Assembly: GCA_024276825.1 (NCBI GenBank)
Contig: JAJRWI010000056.1
Location: forward strand, 1 to 48,875
Source: an archaeon
GTDB taxonomy: Archaea > Asgardarchaeota > Thorarchaeia > Thorarchaeales > Thorarchaeaceae
Reading direction: 5' to 3'
Length of the DNA: 48,875 nucleotides
This document shows, piece by piece, positions 38,637 to 48,754 of this stretch (position 1 is the first letter of the stretch; each line of letters starts with the position of its first letter). Under the pieces are notes generated by a model. It saw nothing but the letters and a program-made list of their open reading frames with translations. It was not told the DNA's origin and did no database searches. The position numbers and the translations under genes are program-made.

Positions 38637-39115
38637 AGTAGCTGACCTCCATAAATTGCTCCTGGGATTTTCTGTGCAAGCCCAGGCCATTGAACGAAGA
38701 ATAGGTCTGTCTTTCCAAGAAGGATGCGGCCTGTTATTGAGAGTGTTTCGACTCTTGACATGCTCTCTATGAAAACTGTCCTTATTCCTAGAAATCTGGC
38801 AGAATAGAATATAGGCACTGTCAGACCTGTGCCACAGCTAATCACCACTGTGGGTCTAAACATCACGAAGTAGAAGAATGAGAGAACCAATGTGAACAAT
38901 GTGCGGATGACTGCCATGATCTTGGAGTCTTGGGGCAAGAGCCGTGGTGCAAGAACGGGCAATGCACGGCCAGGGATTCGTATCTTTTTAGGAGTGAGCG
39001 GGTCAAGAAGACCAATCAAGTACAGATATTGAAATTGTGTGCCCAAAAGATCAACCAATGCGAATGTCTGGGTGGTATGGCCTCCCCGACCAAGGACAAC
39101 TGCAACTTTCTTCAT
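38633..39115 (-). CDS. alg14: Alg14/PssD-like subunit
   Basis: VLGRGGHT, RP.VVISCGTG, FIESMSRV..LSITG, FFVQWP. Confidence 0.88.
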   Translation of the reverse strand: MKKVAVVLGRGGHTTQTFALVDLLGTQFQYLYLIGLLDPLTPKKIRIPGRALPVLAPRLLPQDSKIMAVIRTLFTLVLSFFYFVMFRPTVVISCGTGLTVPIFYSARFLGIRTVFIESMSRVETLSITGRILLGKTDLFFVQWPGLAQKIPGAIYGGQLL

Positions 39116-39289
39116 TAGATTGACCACACTTTGGTGACCCTGAATTAGTTATAGTATTTGTGAGTATTGCTGGCTGATTGTATTGCTTGTAGTTTGAAGT
39201 TCCAGTATATTTTAATTGCCAGAAACTTTGCAAGATTACGAGTTGCTTGAGAACTATGAGCAAATCTAGCATATGTGGAGCGAGTCATA

Positions 39290-40714
39290 ATGACCATTGT
39301 GAAAGCAGCCAAGACCCACCCGCTATATGATAAACTGGTTGAAATAGTAAGTGAAGAGCGGATAAATGATAATCCAATCATTATTTCTTCATATAGTCAT
39401 GATGCCTGTCATCTGGAAGCTGAAAGGCCAAGCATTGTAATAATGCCAGAAACCGTTGAAGAAATTCAGAAGATAGTAAAGATCTGTAATGATACAAGAA
39501 CAGCAGTAATCCCTGCTGGCGGACGAAATGGCATCTGCGGCGCCTGCCTACCAAGAGTCAAGGGGGCAGTCATGTTGGACATGGTCAAGATGGATAAAAT
39601 CGTCACTCTTGATGAGGATGCTATGACTGTCACCGTTGAGGCAGGGCTACGGTGGGCCGAGTTGATACATCGCCTTGATGAAAAAGGATACAAGCTTGGG
39701 TTTAGAGGCCCCTATGGTGGCAATGTGGGCACTGTTGGAGGTTCGGTCAGTATCAATAGTATTGGGTACGCTGCTTCGAAGTTCGGTCCCTCAACCGAAG
39801 GTGTGGTCTCATTAGAAGTCGTACTGCCTGATGGAAGTGTTATCACAACTGGAAGTGGATGGAATCGTGATGCTCAGCTATTTGCAAGGTTCACTTCATT
39901 TAACGATATCACTGGTGTGTTCTTAGGAGACCATGGTACTCTTGGTGTCAAGACTAAGGTCACGCTAAAGATCTATCCAAAGGCGGAATTCATAACATAT
40001 GGTGATTTTGGTTTCAGAACTTTGGAAGATGCAGTAAGGGCATTTCATGAGGTACAGAAAAGAGGGCTGACCGAGGAGCTCAATCTTCTAACAGACAGGC
40101 AGTCAACTGACACATTCTTCCCAGGCTTTCTTGATAACCATCCCGAGATCAATGCCATGTTTGCATCAATTGTCCAAGAAACCGACCAGCAGCTTGCAGA
40201 CAGAAAGATGGAGATAATAAGAGAAACTGCCCTAGAGCATGGTGGGAAAGACCTTGGAAACTTTGCATCTCAAATGCATTGGTCTGAACTATTCAATCTC
40301 GTTCAACCACTCTACAATAATGGTTTCTGGTTGAACACATGCCATCTGCGACCCATACTAAGAGTCCCAGAACTGATGAAAAAGATGTGGGAAATCTTTG
40401 AAAAATACAAATTATTGAATAATGGAATAAAGTGGATTGCAAGTTGTCTTGGTGCTGAGAGAACATATGCAACAGGTTGGGTCACAATCTTCGCTCCTAC
40501 AAAAGACAAGATGGATCTTGCTTTGACAGCATGGAATGAAATGCTTGATGCAGTCATCGCTACAGGTGGTTGCCCCTATTGGAATGGGCTCCTATGGGAA
40601 GATCACACTCTACGTCAAGTAGACCCCGCATTTCTCAATGTCGTTCATACGTTGAAGAGAGCAATCGACCCTAATGGAATCATGTGTCCGCATGTTTTCG
40701 AGGGAGTGAAGTAA
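39290..40714 (+). CDS. FAD-binding oxidoreductase (GlcD/D-LDH/VAO superfamily)
   Basis: PETVEEI, VIPAGG, TVEAG, TVGG, LEVVLPDG, GTLGV.T, DPNGIM.P. Confidence 0.9.
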   Translation: MTIVKAAKTHPLYDKLVEIVSEERINDNPIIISSYSHDACHLEAERPSIVIMPETVEEIQKIVKICNDTRTAVIPAGGRNGICGACLPRVKGAVMLDMVKMDKIVTLDEDAMTVTVEAGLRWAELIHRLDEKGYKLGFRGPYGGNVGTVGGSVSINSIGYAASKFGPSTEGVVSLEVVLPDGSVITTGSGWNRDAQLFARFTSFNDITGVFLGDHGTLGVKTKVTLKIYPKAEFITYGDFGFRTLEDAVRAFHEVQKRGLTEELNLLTDRQSTDTFFPGFLDNHPEINAMFASIVQETDQQLADRKMEIIRETALEHGGKDLGNFASQMHWSELFNLVQPLYNNGFWLNTCHLRPILRVPELMKKMWEIFEKYKLLNNGIKWIASCLGAERTYATGWVTIFAPTKDKMDLALTAWNEMLDAVIATGGCPYWNGLLWEDHTLRQVDPAFLNVVHTLKRAIDPNGIMCPHVFEGVK

Positions 40715-40715
40715 A

Positions 40716-42296
40716 ATGAATGATACAAGGTTTTCAAATGTGATGGAGTATGAAAAAGACCTCTGGTTATGCGCCCGATGTGGTGACTGTTCACTTGCAG
40801 ACAAGATTGTTGCTTCAAATAGAGAGATCTTTCACCCCTGTGCTGTAAAGAATGTTCTAGGTTTCGAGGCCTATACAGCAAGAGGAAGGATAATGGTGAT
40901 AAATGACCTTCTTGCAGGCAAGCTCGAACTGGATGATGACTTGGTCAATTGGGCTTTTACATGCACTACTTGCAAGAACTGCCAAGAAACCTGCACAGCT
41001 ACCGCTGATGGGATCAGAATGGCAGAGATAACAGAGGCTTTGCGCAGAGACCTTGTTGATAAGGGACTAGACATGCCAAAACATCGGATTATTGAAGAAT
41101 ATATTGAGAAAGAGGGCAATCCTTACAAAGAACCACGCGAAAAGAGGCTTGAGCTATTCGGAGAACGCCAGTGGCCAGAGCGGGCAGAAGTCGTATATTT
41201 CGTGGGTTGCACAAGTGCTTATCGAGAGAGAGAAATAGCAATAGACACAGTTGCCCTTCTTGATAAGGCTGGTGTCGATTTTACCATTTTGCCCGATGAA
41301 GAGTGTTGTGGTTCAGTCATGCATAGGCTTGGGCGAGAGGGGCCATTCAATAAATCAGCACAGAAAAACATCAAGGCCATTGAGAAGACAAAAGCAAAAT
41401 ACCTGATCACTGCATGTGCTGGTTGCTACAGAACATGGAAGATTGATATTCCTGAGAATGGTCATAAGTTCAAATTCGAAGTATTGCATATCACCGAATT
41501 TCTGGACAAGTTGATATCTGAAAAGAGAATTGCTTTTGAAGCCCCAAATGGGATAAGGGTCACCTATCATGATCCATGTCATCTCGGTCGTCATTCAGAG
41601 GTCTATGAGGCACCTCGTAGAGTGATTCAGTCAGTGAAAAATGTTGAACTTGTTGAAATGATGACTAACAAGAGATATGCTCATTGTTGTGGAGCGGGTG
41701 GTGGAGTCAAGAGTAGTCATGGAGAACTTGCTGACAAAATCGCCGCTAGAAGAATAAATGAGGCAGAAGACACTCAAGCTGAATTGCTCATCACTGCTTG
41801 TCCATTCTGTCTACGTGGACTTCACGATGGAGCTGACTATATCAAGAGCAGCCTGAGGATAATCGATATACCACAGTTTCTCTTGCCATACGTTATAAAA
41901 GGAGTAATTGAGGTTTCAGAAGAAGAGAACCCTCTGAAACAAGAGTTCATGGACTATCTGCGTGCTCATCCTAAGATTTTCGATGGACTAAAGCCTGATG
42001 CTGTGATCGATTATATAATTGAGGATGACAGGTTTCATGTTCGAATCGTAAAGAAGGGCCAGATTGAGGTCAATCCGATTAGAGCTGAAAACCCTGATGT
42101 CGAACTGACATTTTCAGAAGGTGCAGTCCGTGAGTTGATACAGATACCTTCAGAGGACGAGTATGCCGCACGCTTTGGTCAGTTCTTCAAAGAGCCTACT
42201 GATGAGAAATGGATAAAATTCAATCTACGAAGAAACATCGTCAAGCTCTTGATGAAGGGATATAGAAAGTTCGCACAGAAAGCAGGACTGATATGA
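40716..42296 (+). CDS. HdrD/GlcF-like Fe-S oxidoreductase (two ferredoxin-type motifs, two CCG domains) with SCP2-like C-terminal domain
   Basis: CARCGDC...PC, CTTCKNCQETC, FVGC, ECCG, ACAGC, YHDPCHLGR, HCCGAGGG, ACPFC; extra ~120 aa tail with ENPDVELTF. Confidence 0.88.
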   Translation: MNDTRFSNVMEYEKDLWLCARCGDCSLADKIVASNREIFHPCAVKNVLGFEAYTARGRIMVINDLLAGKLELDDDLVNWAFTCTTCKNCQETCTATADGIRMAEITEALRRDLVDKGLDMPKHRIIEEYIEKEGNPYKEPREKRLELFGERQWPERAEVVYFVGCTSAYREREIAIDTVALLDKAGVDFTILPDEECCGSVMHRLGREGPFNKSAQKNIKAIEKTKAKYLITACAGCYRTWKIDIPENGHKFKFEVLHITEFLDKLISEKRIAFEAPNGIRVTYHDPCHLGRHSEVYEAPRRVIQSVKNVELVEMMTNKRYAHCCGAGGGVKSSHGELADKIAARRINEAEDTQAELLITACPFCLRGLHDGADYIKSSLRIIDIPQFLLPYVIKGVIEVSEEENPLKQEFMDYLRAHPKIFDGLKPDAVIDYIIEDDRFHVRIVKKGQIEVNPIRAENPDVELTFSEGAVRELIQIPSEDEYAARFGQFFKEPTDEKWIKFNLRRNIVKLLMKGYRKFAQKAGLI

Positions 42297-42420
42297 TCTA
42301 ATGATAATCAGTCCAAAGATTGAACAGGAGTAATTGCTAGACTAATGGCAGCAGCTTCAGGTTGTCAGTTTATGAAGTGGCTGTAGTTCGGTACTAGAGC
42401 GAAAACACACCCTCATTGAT

Positions 42421-43734
42421 TCAATCTTCAAGCAAGGAGTCCATCAGGTGATAAACAAGATTGTCGATTCGCACCTGAACTGTCTTCTTGGTGGTCATAT
42501 CGCGGACAGAGACCATCCCTTGCTCGAGATCTTTTGGACCAATGATTAAGACAAAGTAGCATCCTTTGGAGTCAGCGATGTCAAGGTTCTTCTTTAGAGG
42601 GCGATTCATTAGGTCCACCTCACAAGATATCCCTGCCTCAACCAGTTCTCTTCTGATACTCATGGCATATTTGACCATAGGCTGCTTGATAGGAGCAATG
42701 TAAACATCAGGACCATGAGCCAGTTCTTCATCAATACCTAGTTTCAACACAATGTTGATAAGCCGGTCTATACCAAGCGATATGCCAGTTGCGGGAGTTG
42801 CAGGACCACCAAAGCGTTCAATCAGATTGTCATATCGACCGCCTCCAGCTATAGAACCCACTGCTGGTTTGCCCAGCCATTTTACCTCAAAGACAGGACC
42901 AGTGTAATAATCAAGGCCTCTGGCAAGTGAAATGTCAAAAATCACAAATTCGTCCACATTACTCTCAGTGAATATCTCAGCCATGACTTCTAGTTCTTCA
43001 ACACCCTCGATTCCAGTTTCAGAACCCTGAATCATTTCTCTGAACTGTTGAAGTGTTTCAAGTCCATTTCCCGAGATTGAAATCGCATCGAGGAGAAATT
43101 CGCTCTCCTTCTTTCCAATGCCGCGATTCGAGAGTTCTTCAAGCACCCCATCCTTTCCAATCTTCTCGAGTTTATCAATCGCCCTAAAACATTCAAAAGC
43201 AAGTTCGCTTTTTATGCCAGCTTTTTCTGTCATTCCTCTTAGAACCTTCCGATTGTTAATCTTGACTATATAGTTCTCGGTCAGAGCTTCTTGAAAGAAC
43301 TCCAATGCTACAAGCACAACTTCCGCATCAGCCACTGGGCTCTTGGCACCAATGACATCTACATCAGCTTGCATGAACTCACGGTATCTTCCAGCTTGTG
43401 GACGGTCGTATCGCCATGCCTTGCCAATGGCATATCTCTTGAATGGTTTGCGAATGTTGGGATTTGAAGCCATAATTCGAGCAAGTGGAACTGTGAGATC
43501 AAAACGCAATCCAACATCTCTGTCGCCTTTGTCTTTGAATTTGAAGGTTTCAGCCTCAATCTCAGTACCGCCCTTGGCTGAGAGGGTTTCCCAGAGCTCC
43601 AAAGCGGGAGTGTCCAATGGCTCATAGCCATAGAGATGAAAGATGCTTTCTGCAAGATCAACCAAGTATTTTCGTGCTCTCATCTCTGGACCAATCAGGT
43701 CTCTCATACCCCGGACTGTTCTCATCTCACTCAT
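42421..43734 (-). CDS. hisS: Histidyl-tRNA synthetase
   Basis: RGMRD, LRFDLTVP, GRYREF.Q, LARGLDYYTG, GGGRYD. Confidence 0.97.
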   Translation of the reverse strand: MSEMRTVRGMRDLIGPEMRARKYLVDLAESIFHLYGYEPLDTPALELWETLSAKGGTEIEAETFKFKDKGDRDVGLRFDLTVPLARIMASNPNIRKPFKRYAIGKAWRYDRPQAGRYREFMQADVDVIGAKSPVADAEVVLVALEFFQEALTENYIVKINNRKVLRGMTEKAGIKSELAFECFRAIDKLEKIGKDGVLEELSNRGIGKKESEFLLDAISISGNGLETLQQFREMIQGSETGIEGVEELEVMAEIFTESNVDEFVIFDISLARGLDYYTGPVFEVKWLGKPAVGSIAGGGRYDNLIERFGGPATPATGISLGIDRLINIVLKLGIDEELAHGPDVYIAPIKQPMVKYAMSIRRELVEAGISCEVDLMNRPLKKNLDIADSKGCYFVLIIGPKDLEQGMVSVRDMTTKKTVQVRIDNLVYHLMDSLLED

Positions 43735-43883
43735 TATTAGACCTCAAGAAGATATTTGGCAACAACTTGGGCGGCACTAGACAATAAACAGACCTGCCTT
43801 TAATGAACAGGGCCACCAACGCTCACTTCTTGTCACCGACAAGACTCAGGTGCATTTGTTCTTTAAGTCTTGCGTTGAACCTA

Positions 43884-45257
43884 TCAAAGACCGGGTATAA
43901 GACCAAGTCCCAACATGAGCAGATAAATCAGGGCTCCTGTTCCCATTAGAATTGTGTCTTTTGCCACACGCTTGAATAGAGTCATTTCAGTATCGCTGAA
44001 GTATACATAGAGAGTCTTGTTCAAAACAGAAGTTGTTGTTGCGATGACTACAGCATAGACTGCTGTTGATAGGCTAATCACCCCACTGGCAAACAGCGGA
44101 ACGACAATTGCAACAATTGCGCCTGCTGACGCAAAGCCACCCACAAGTGCCGCAAGTATGATACCTTGATCTGCAAAGAAAGTCTGTGCAAATGATGAGA
44201 AGAGTGCAACACCAGTGAACACCACAGCGAACCTCATCGCAGCTCCAAATGAGAACGGAGATGTGATCTTTCCTTCAATCTCAGTGGTCTCTTCTTCAAG
44301 CTTCTTTTGCTTCACACGAATCATCCTAAACATGCCCATGAACACAAGGATTGCAAGAGGAATCAGATAATAACTGAATATCTGAAGGGTTGGGTCTAGA
44401 ATTACAACAATAACCCCATTACGAAGGACCATAGCAAGATTAGCAAGAATCGCAGCTAGAGAGATCCTGTCTATGTCGGTCCTCCCAGTGCGCACATAGT
44501 ATTCGGTGAGACTAGTAACTGTTGCTTCAGAGTTCGCAAAGCCTCCAAAGAATCCGAAAAAGTAGCTTCCACGAGTTCGATATTTTTTGACCAAGATATA
44601 GTTAGCAAAACTAATGCCCAGAAGTATTACCACAAGCACATAAATCTGAAAAACAGGGAAGACTATTGGCCCCAATTGAATGGTCTGAGGCATAATTGGC
44701 CAGAGAAAGAGAATGAGTACACCAAGTTCGGCCGCACTAATCATCTCTTCATGAGTGATTGACGAAACAGCGGCCGCAAGTTCTTCCTTGAACCCAAGAA
44801 CAAGAAACACAAGAAAGGATATGGTCATTGACAACAACGAGAGTGTTCCAAACAATTGCCCTTCTGCAGGAGCGTCAAAACCAACAAGCGCGCCAAGAAC
44901 GAATGCAAGTGCGAACACAATGGTAGTGGTGATTCCCTTCCTCATTGTGCGAAAGATCTTATATCCCATCTGAAATGTCACTATAATCAATGAAACCGCC
45001 GTTGCATATATCAGAATAATGGGATTTCCAGGGACAGCTGGGGTTGTTTCAGTAGCAGGGATAGAGGTGATAGTATACGAGTAGGCAGCTAGGGTTCCAA
45101 GTAGACTGTGCAGACCAAAAGAACGTACACCAAGAGTGACCTCTTCCTTCATTCGCTTTTGTCGCTCAAGGCCGATTAGAGCACCGACTGCAAATCCGAG
45201 AAGACATCGAATGATGAGTTCAGGACTCAATAATAGTTCCAAAGACTGCTGTATCAT
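43884..45257 (-). CDS. MgtC/SapB family membrane protein with DUF4010
   Basis: GALIGLERQ, GVRSF, GITT, GGFANSEAT, SPFSFGAA. Confidence 0.85.
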   Translation of the reverse strand: MIQQSLELLLSPELIIRCLLGFAVGALIGLERQKRMKEEVTLGVRSFGLHSLLGTLAAYSYTITSIPATETTPAVPGNPIILIYATAVSLIIVTFQMGYKIFRTMRKGITTTIVFALAFVLGALVGFDAPAEGQLFGTLSLLSMTISFLVFLVLGFKEELAAAVSSITHEEMISAAELGVLILFLWPIMPQTIQLGPIVFPVFQIYVLVVILLGISFANYILVKKYRTRGSYFFGFFGGFANSEATVTSLTEYYVRTGRTDIDRISLAAILANLAMVLRNGVIVVILDPTLQIFSYYLIPLAILVFMGMFRMIRVKQKKLEEETTEIEGKITSPFSFGAAMRFAVVFTGVALFSSFAQTFFADQGIILAALVGGFASAGAIVAIVVPLFASGVISLSTAVYAVVIATTTSVLNKTLYVYFSDTEMTLFKRVAKDTILMGTGALIYLLMLGLGLIPGL

Positions 45258-45368
45258 ATTAACCCCAGCTTCATTGCTTGGTGGACATAATCTAACACAT
45301 CAGTCCAATTTAAGCCGTACTATTGCAGCCAAAAATAATGGAAAAAAAGAAAAGATGACGAGACTGAT

Positions 45369-46019
45369 TCAATCCAGTCTCGTGTTCTTCAATAACGCAG
45401 ATAGTGGAATGTCATAGTATTCGCCCGTTGGCAGGCTTCTCCTCACAGTCATGGGGAGTACACCAAGTTTGAGTTCATATTCTGCTAGGGCGAAGATGTC
45501 CTTAGGAGCCTGATTCATATCAACGAGGACGGGAGCACCCATGGATATTTGTAGTGCGCGTGCGCCGATGATTCTTGCCCTCTCGAACCTTGTGAGCCAT
45601 TTTGGCGGAACTGCGATTCCCAGTTCTTCAAGGTCCATCTCATAGCCCGTCTTTAATGAAGTCCTTGTGATGGACTCAGGAATATCGTCAGCAGGAGGTA
45701 GGTCGTATCTCTCAGGCTCTGGTTCAGTAGAGCGCTTTCTCTTTGATTTCTTTGGCTTTCCTGTGACGTCCAGAACCCCCGCTTCGATGTGCTCGATGAT
45801 TAGCTTTGTTTCGCTAATCACGCCTTCGGCCTTGGCAACACTCAGACCAGGAATTGCAGCAGCCAAGTCCTCTGGATTGGCTTCCGCTACTTTCTGAAAT
45901 GTATCAAAGCCCTTTTCCACCATTTTTTCAGCAGTCTTTGGGCCCACCCCAGGAATGTTCTCTAGGGCCTCCGCCGGACTGAACTGAACCTCTTCATTTT
46001 GTTCGGGATTATCTGACAT
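45369..46019 (-). CDS. rpo6: RNA polymerase subunit Rpo6 (K/omega/Rpb6) with N-terminal helix-hairpin-helix domain
   Basis: [32 protein letters not shown]; N-terminal [15 protein letters not shown]...IPGLSVAKA. Confidence 0.92.
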   Translation of the reverse strand: MSDNPEQNEEVQFSPAEALENIPGVGPKTAEKMVEKGFDTFQKVAEANPEDLAAAIPGLSVAKAEGVISETKLIIEHIEAGVLDVTGKPKKSKRKRSTEPEPERYDLPPADDIPESITRTSLKTGYEMDLEELGIAVPPKWLTRFERARIIGARALQISMGAPVLVDMNQAPKDIFALAEYELKLGVLPMTVRRSLPTGEYYDIPLSALLKNTRLD

Positions 46020-46053
46020 CACGTTCACCTGCGCGCACTACATCTATTTAGGT

Positions 46054-47688
46054 CTAATCCTCATCTGCTCCATCCGGTCGATCTTCAGGGCTTGGCGGAC
46101 TAAGACCCTTGCCCTTTGAGCTGATGACATCATCAATCTTTAGGATCATCTGAGCCGCTTCTGCTGCTGACATAATGATCTGCCTGTTCACAAGTGCAGA
46201 CTCAATCACATTAGCCTTTTTCATGCAGCTGACCTTGCTCTTATTGATGTCAACACCATAGGTGATATTCCCGCTGGTATGTGCACTTCTAAGATTGACG
46301 ATTATGTCAATTGGGTCAAGACCCGCATTCTCAGCAAGTGTTGATGGAAGTTTCTCAACAGCATCAGCAAAGGCGTTGACAGCAATCTGCTCACGACCAT
46401 GAAGAGTCTTTGCATAGTCTCTGAGACGCATTGCAATCTCAGCTGCAAGGGCTCCACCGCCATAAGTGATGTATGGATGGATCACAATGTCCCTCACCAC
46501 ATAGAGGGCATCATTGAGGGCTCTATTCACCTCATCAACAATGTGGTCTGTTCCACCCCTAACGAGAATGGAAACAACCGAGGATTTGGGTGTACCCTCG
46601 ATGAAGAGCATTTTGTCCTCGCCCACACGTTTCTGCTCTACAAGCTCCGCGGTTCCAAGATCATCAGCTGTGAGGTTCTGAATCTTGCTGATAATGGTGG
46701 CCCCGGTTGTCTTATGAATACGTTCGATATCAGTCTTCTTGATTCTACGGACAGCAAGAATTCCAGCCTTGGCAAGGAAGTGCTGTGCAACATCATCAAT
46801 GCCCTTCTGAGCAATCACAACATTTGCTCCAGAGTCGATGATCTTTTGAACCATATTCTTAAGCATGCGTTCCTCCTCATCAAGGAAGCTCTGCATTGAC
46901 TTGGGATCACTGATTGAGATCTTTGCATCAAACTCGGTCTTTGTGATTTCAAGTGGGGTTTCGAGAAGCGCTATCTTGGCACCCTCAATGCGCTTTGGCA
47001 TTCCTGGGTGAACTATCTCCTTGTCAAGAACTATACCCCTTACCAGTTGAGTCTGATCAACAGGCAGGCCTTTCTGCTTCTGACGTGGGATGTTCTCAAG
47101 ATCAATGTCCTCATCTTCCTTCCTGTCCTTTGCCAGTGCAAGGACTGCATCTACAACTATGTCGCTCAAATATTCACGGGTTGTGGACACGAATTTACTT
47201 GACATTGCGACCTTGGCAGCCTCTTTGAGTATCTTGCGATAAGAGGAACTTGATGGATCTACTTTCTCAGCAACCTCATCAATGATTTCCACAGCCTTCT
47301 TGGCTGCCTTTCTGTAACCACTGATTATCGTTGTTGGGTGAATGTTCTGATCTAATAGCTCATCGGCTTGACGGAGAAGGTCACCAGTAAGGACAGCAGC
47401 AGTGGTTGTACCATCGCCCACTTCACTATCAACGGTCTTACTGACCTCGATGACCATCTTAGCAGCAGGATGTGCGACATCCATCTCTTTCAAGATTGTT
47501 GCGCCATCATTGCTGATTGTGACATCGCCAAAAGAATCGACAAGCATCTTGTCAGAGCCCTTTGGACCCAAGGCAGTTCTCACTGCTTCTGCAATAACAA
47601 TAGCAGCCATGATGTTGTTTCTCTGAGCATCACGGCCTCGTGTCCTCTCAGTATCTTCTTGTAGGACTATTATTGGTTGTTGACTCAT
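46054..47688 (-). CDS. ths: Thermosome (group II chaperonin) subunit
   Basis: LGPKG.DKML, NDGATIL, GDGTTT, QKGIDD, LAENAG, ILKIDD. Confidence 0.97.
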   Translation of the reverse strand: MSQQPIIVLQEDTERTRGRDAQRNNIMAAIVIAEAVRTALGPKGSDKMLVDSFGDVTISNDGATILKEMDVAHPAAKMVIEVSKTVDSEVGDGTTTAAVLTGDLLRQADELLDQNIHPTTIISGYRKAAKKAVEIIDEVAEKVDPSSSSYRKILKEAAKVAMSSKFVSTTREYLSDIVVDAVLALAKDRKEDEDIDLENIPRQKQKGLPVDQTQLVRGIVLDKEIVHPGMPKRIEGAKIALLETPLEITKTEFDAKISISDPKSMQSFLDEEERMLKNMVQKIIDSGANVVIAQKGIDDVAQHFLAKAGILAVRRIKKTDIERIHKTTGATIISKIQNLTADDLGTAELVEQKRVGEDKMLFIEGTPKSSVVSILVRGGTDHIVDEVNRALNDALYVVRDIVIHPYITYGGGALAAEIAMRLRDYAKTLHGREQIAVNAFADAVEKLPSTLAENAGLDPIDIIVNLRSAHTSGNITYGVDINKSKVSCMKKANVIESALVNRQIIMSAAEAAQMILKIDDVISSKGKGLSPPSPEDRPDGADED

Positions 47689-47729
47689 ATGTACTTCCTC
47701 CATTTGTTAATAGAGTATTGTATAATACA

Positions 47730-47772
47730 GAGTAGTTTGACAAAACTGTGCATGCACTTCGTCAAACTATTC
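47730..47772. promoter_or_regulatory. Nested inverted repeat at the thermosome promoter
   Basis: GAGTAGTTTGAC-N19-GTCAAACTATTC with internal palindrome GTGCATGCAC; next to minus-strand CTTAAATG TATA-like box (47774-47781). Confidence 0.55.
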
Positions 47773-47896
47773 GCATTTAAGACTTGCCTTAGGTCCATCT
47801 GTAGACTCTGGCGGCGTTTGTCCCCTTAAAAGAATGACTATTGAGCAGCGTGATTATATTAACGGATGTGTCCAAATTATATGTTTTTGATTTGAA

Positions 47897-48754
47897 TTAG
47901 ACAATTTTTCTTTTTCGCCAGTTTTCAATTGATTCAATAAGATCACATGTATCTTGATACAATTTTTGAGCTAGTTGTATATTTAGGCTAAATTTCCGTC
48001 CCTCGTGTGTTATAGCATTCCGAATTTTTCGCACTTCATTTGTTGACTGCCATATTTGGTCAAATTTATATCTTTCCAGATTTAGCTTTCTTGCTGAGAA
48101 GAATCTACGAGCTGTATTGAGATTCTCAGATAGATTTCCATCAAACCAAGTCCGCCACATTAATACTTGCGTCATCAATGAAAATTTGTATCTACTTAAT
48201 TCTATATTGTGAAACATTTTCTCTAACGCTCTTGTTAGGCTTTGATAGAACTGTTGTAAGTTTTTATTGATAAGAAAGCGGTTTGATTCAGCTTTAAGAT
48301 TATTCAGTTCTTTTTCATATTGACGTATCTTTTTGAAACTATATCGCTTGAATGGCCTGCGGTTTGGTAGACCCAAATTGACTACAGTACTTGTGACTTT
48401 TGATATCAAGTATAAGGCAGCTATTAGAAAAATGTCATTAGGACTTAAACCATTGAATAAGCCCCAAATAAGGGCTAGACATATTATTAATTCAGAGAGT
48501 CTAATGTAAATTAATGAGCCTTCTTTTATTGAATCTAATTCAATCGAAGGCACATATGCCAAGCGATTTAATCCAAACCAATGTAATGAGATACCCATTA
48601 TCCCATAAGCTAGTAATAATGGCAAAAACTGCAATTGTGCTAATTGAATCCAATTAATATCTATCAATATTAGCCAAAGACAAAGAAGTAAACTAGTAAA
48701 CATTCCGCCGCCCAAAATGTAGATGAACCATATTTTATCATGATCTTTGCTCAA
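47897..48754 (-). CDS. AT-rich membrane-anchored HEPN-like protein (putative defence or toxin gene)
   Basis: About 4 N-terminal TM segments; LTRALEKMF and RNAITH (R-x4-H); TTG start with GGAG RBS. Confidence 0.6.
   Translation of the reverse strand: MSKDHDKIWFIYILGGGMFTSLLLCLWLILIDINWIQLAQLQFLPLLLAYGIMGISLHWFGLNRLAYVPSIELDSIKEGSLIYIRLSELIICLALIWGLFNGLSPNDIFLIAALYLISKVTSTVVNLGLPNRRPFKRYSFKKIRQYEKELNNLKAESNRFLINKNLQQFYQSLTRALEKMFHNIELSRYKFSLMTQVLMWRTWFDGNLSENLNTARRFFSARKLNLERYKFDQIWQSTNEVRKIRNAITHEGRKFSLNIQLAQKLYQDTCDLIESIENWRKRKIV

Noticed and set aside
42297-42420. Imperfect hairpin after the HdrD-like gene as a SECIS element
   Set aside because: No in-frame TGA at a Cys-equivalent position in the upstream genes, and the pairing is weak.
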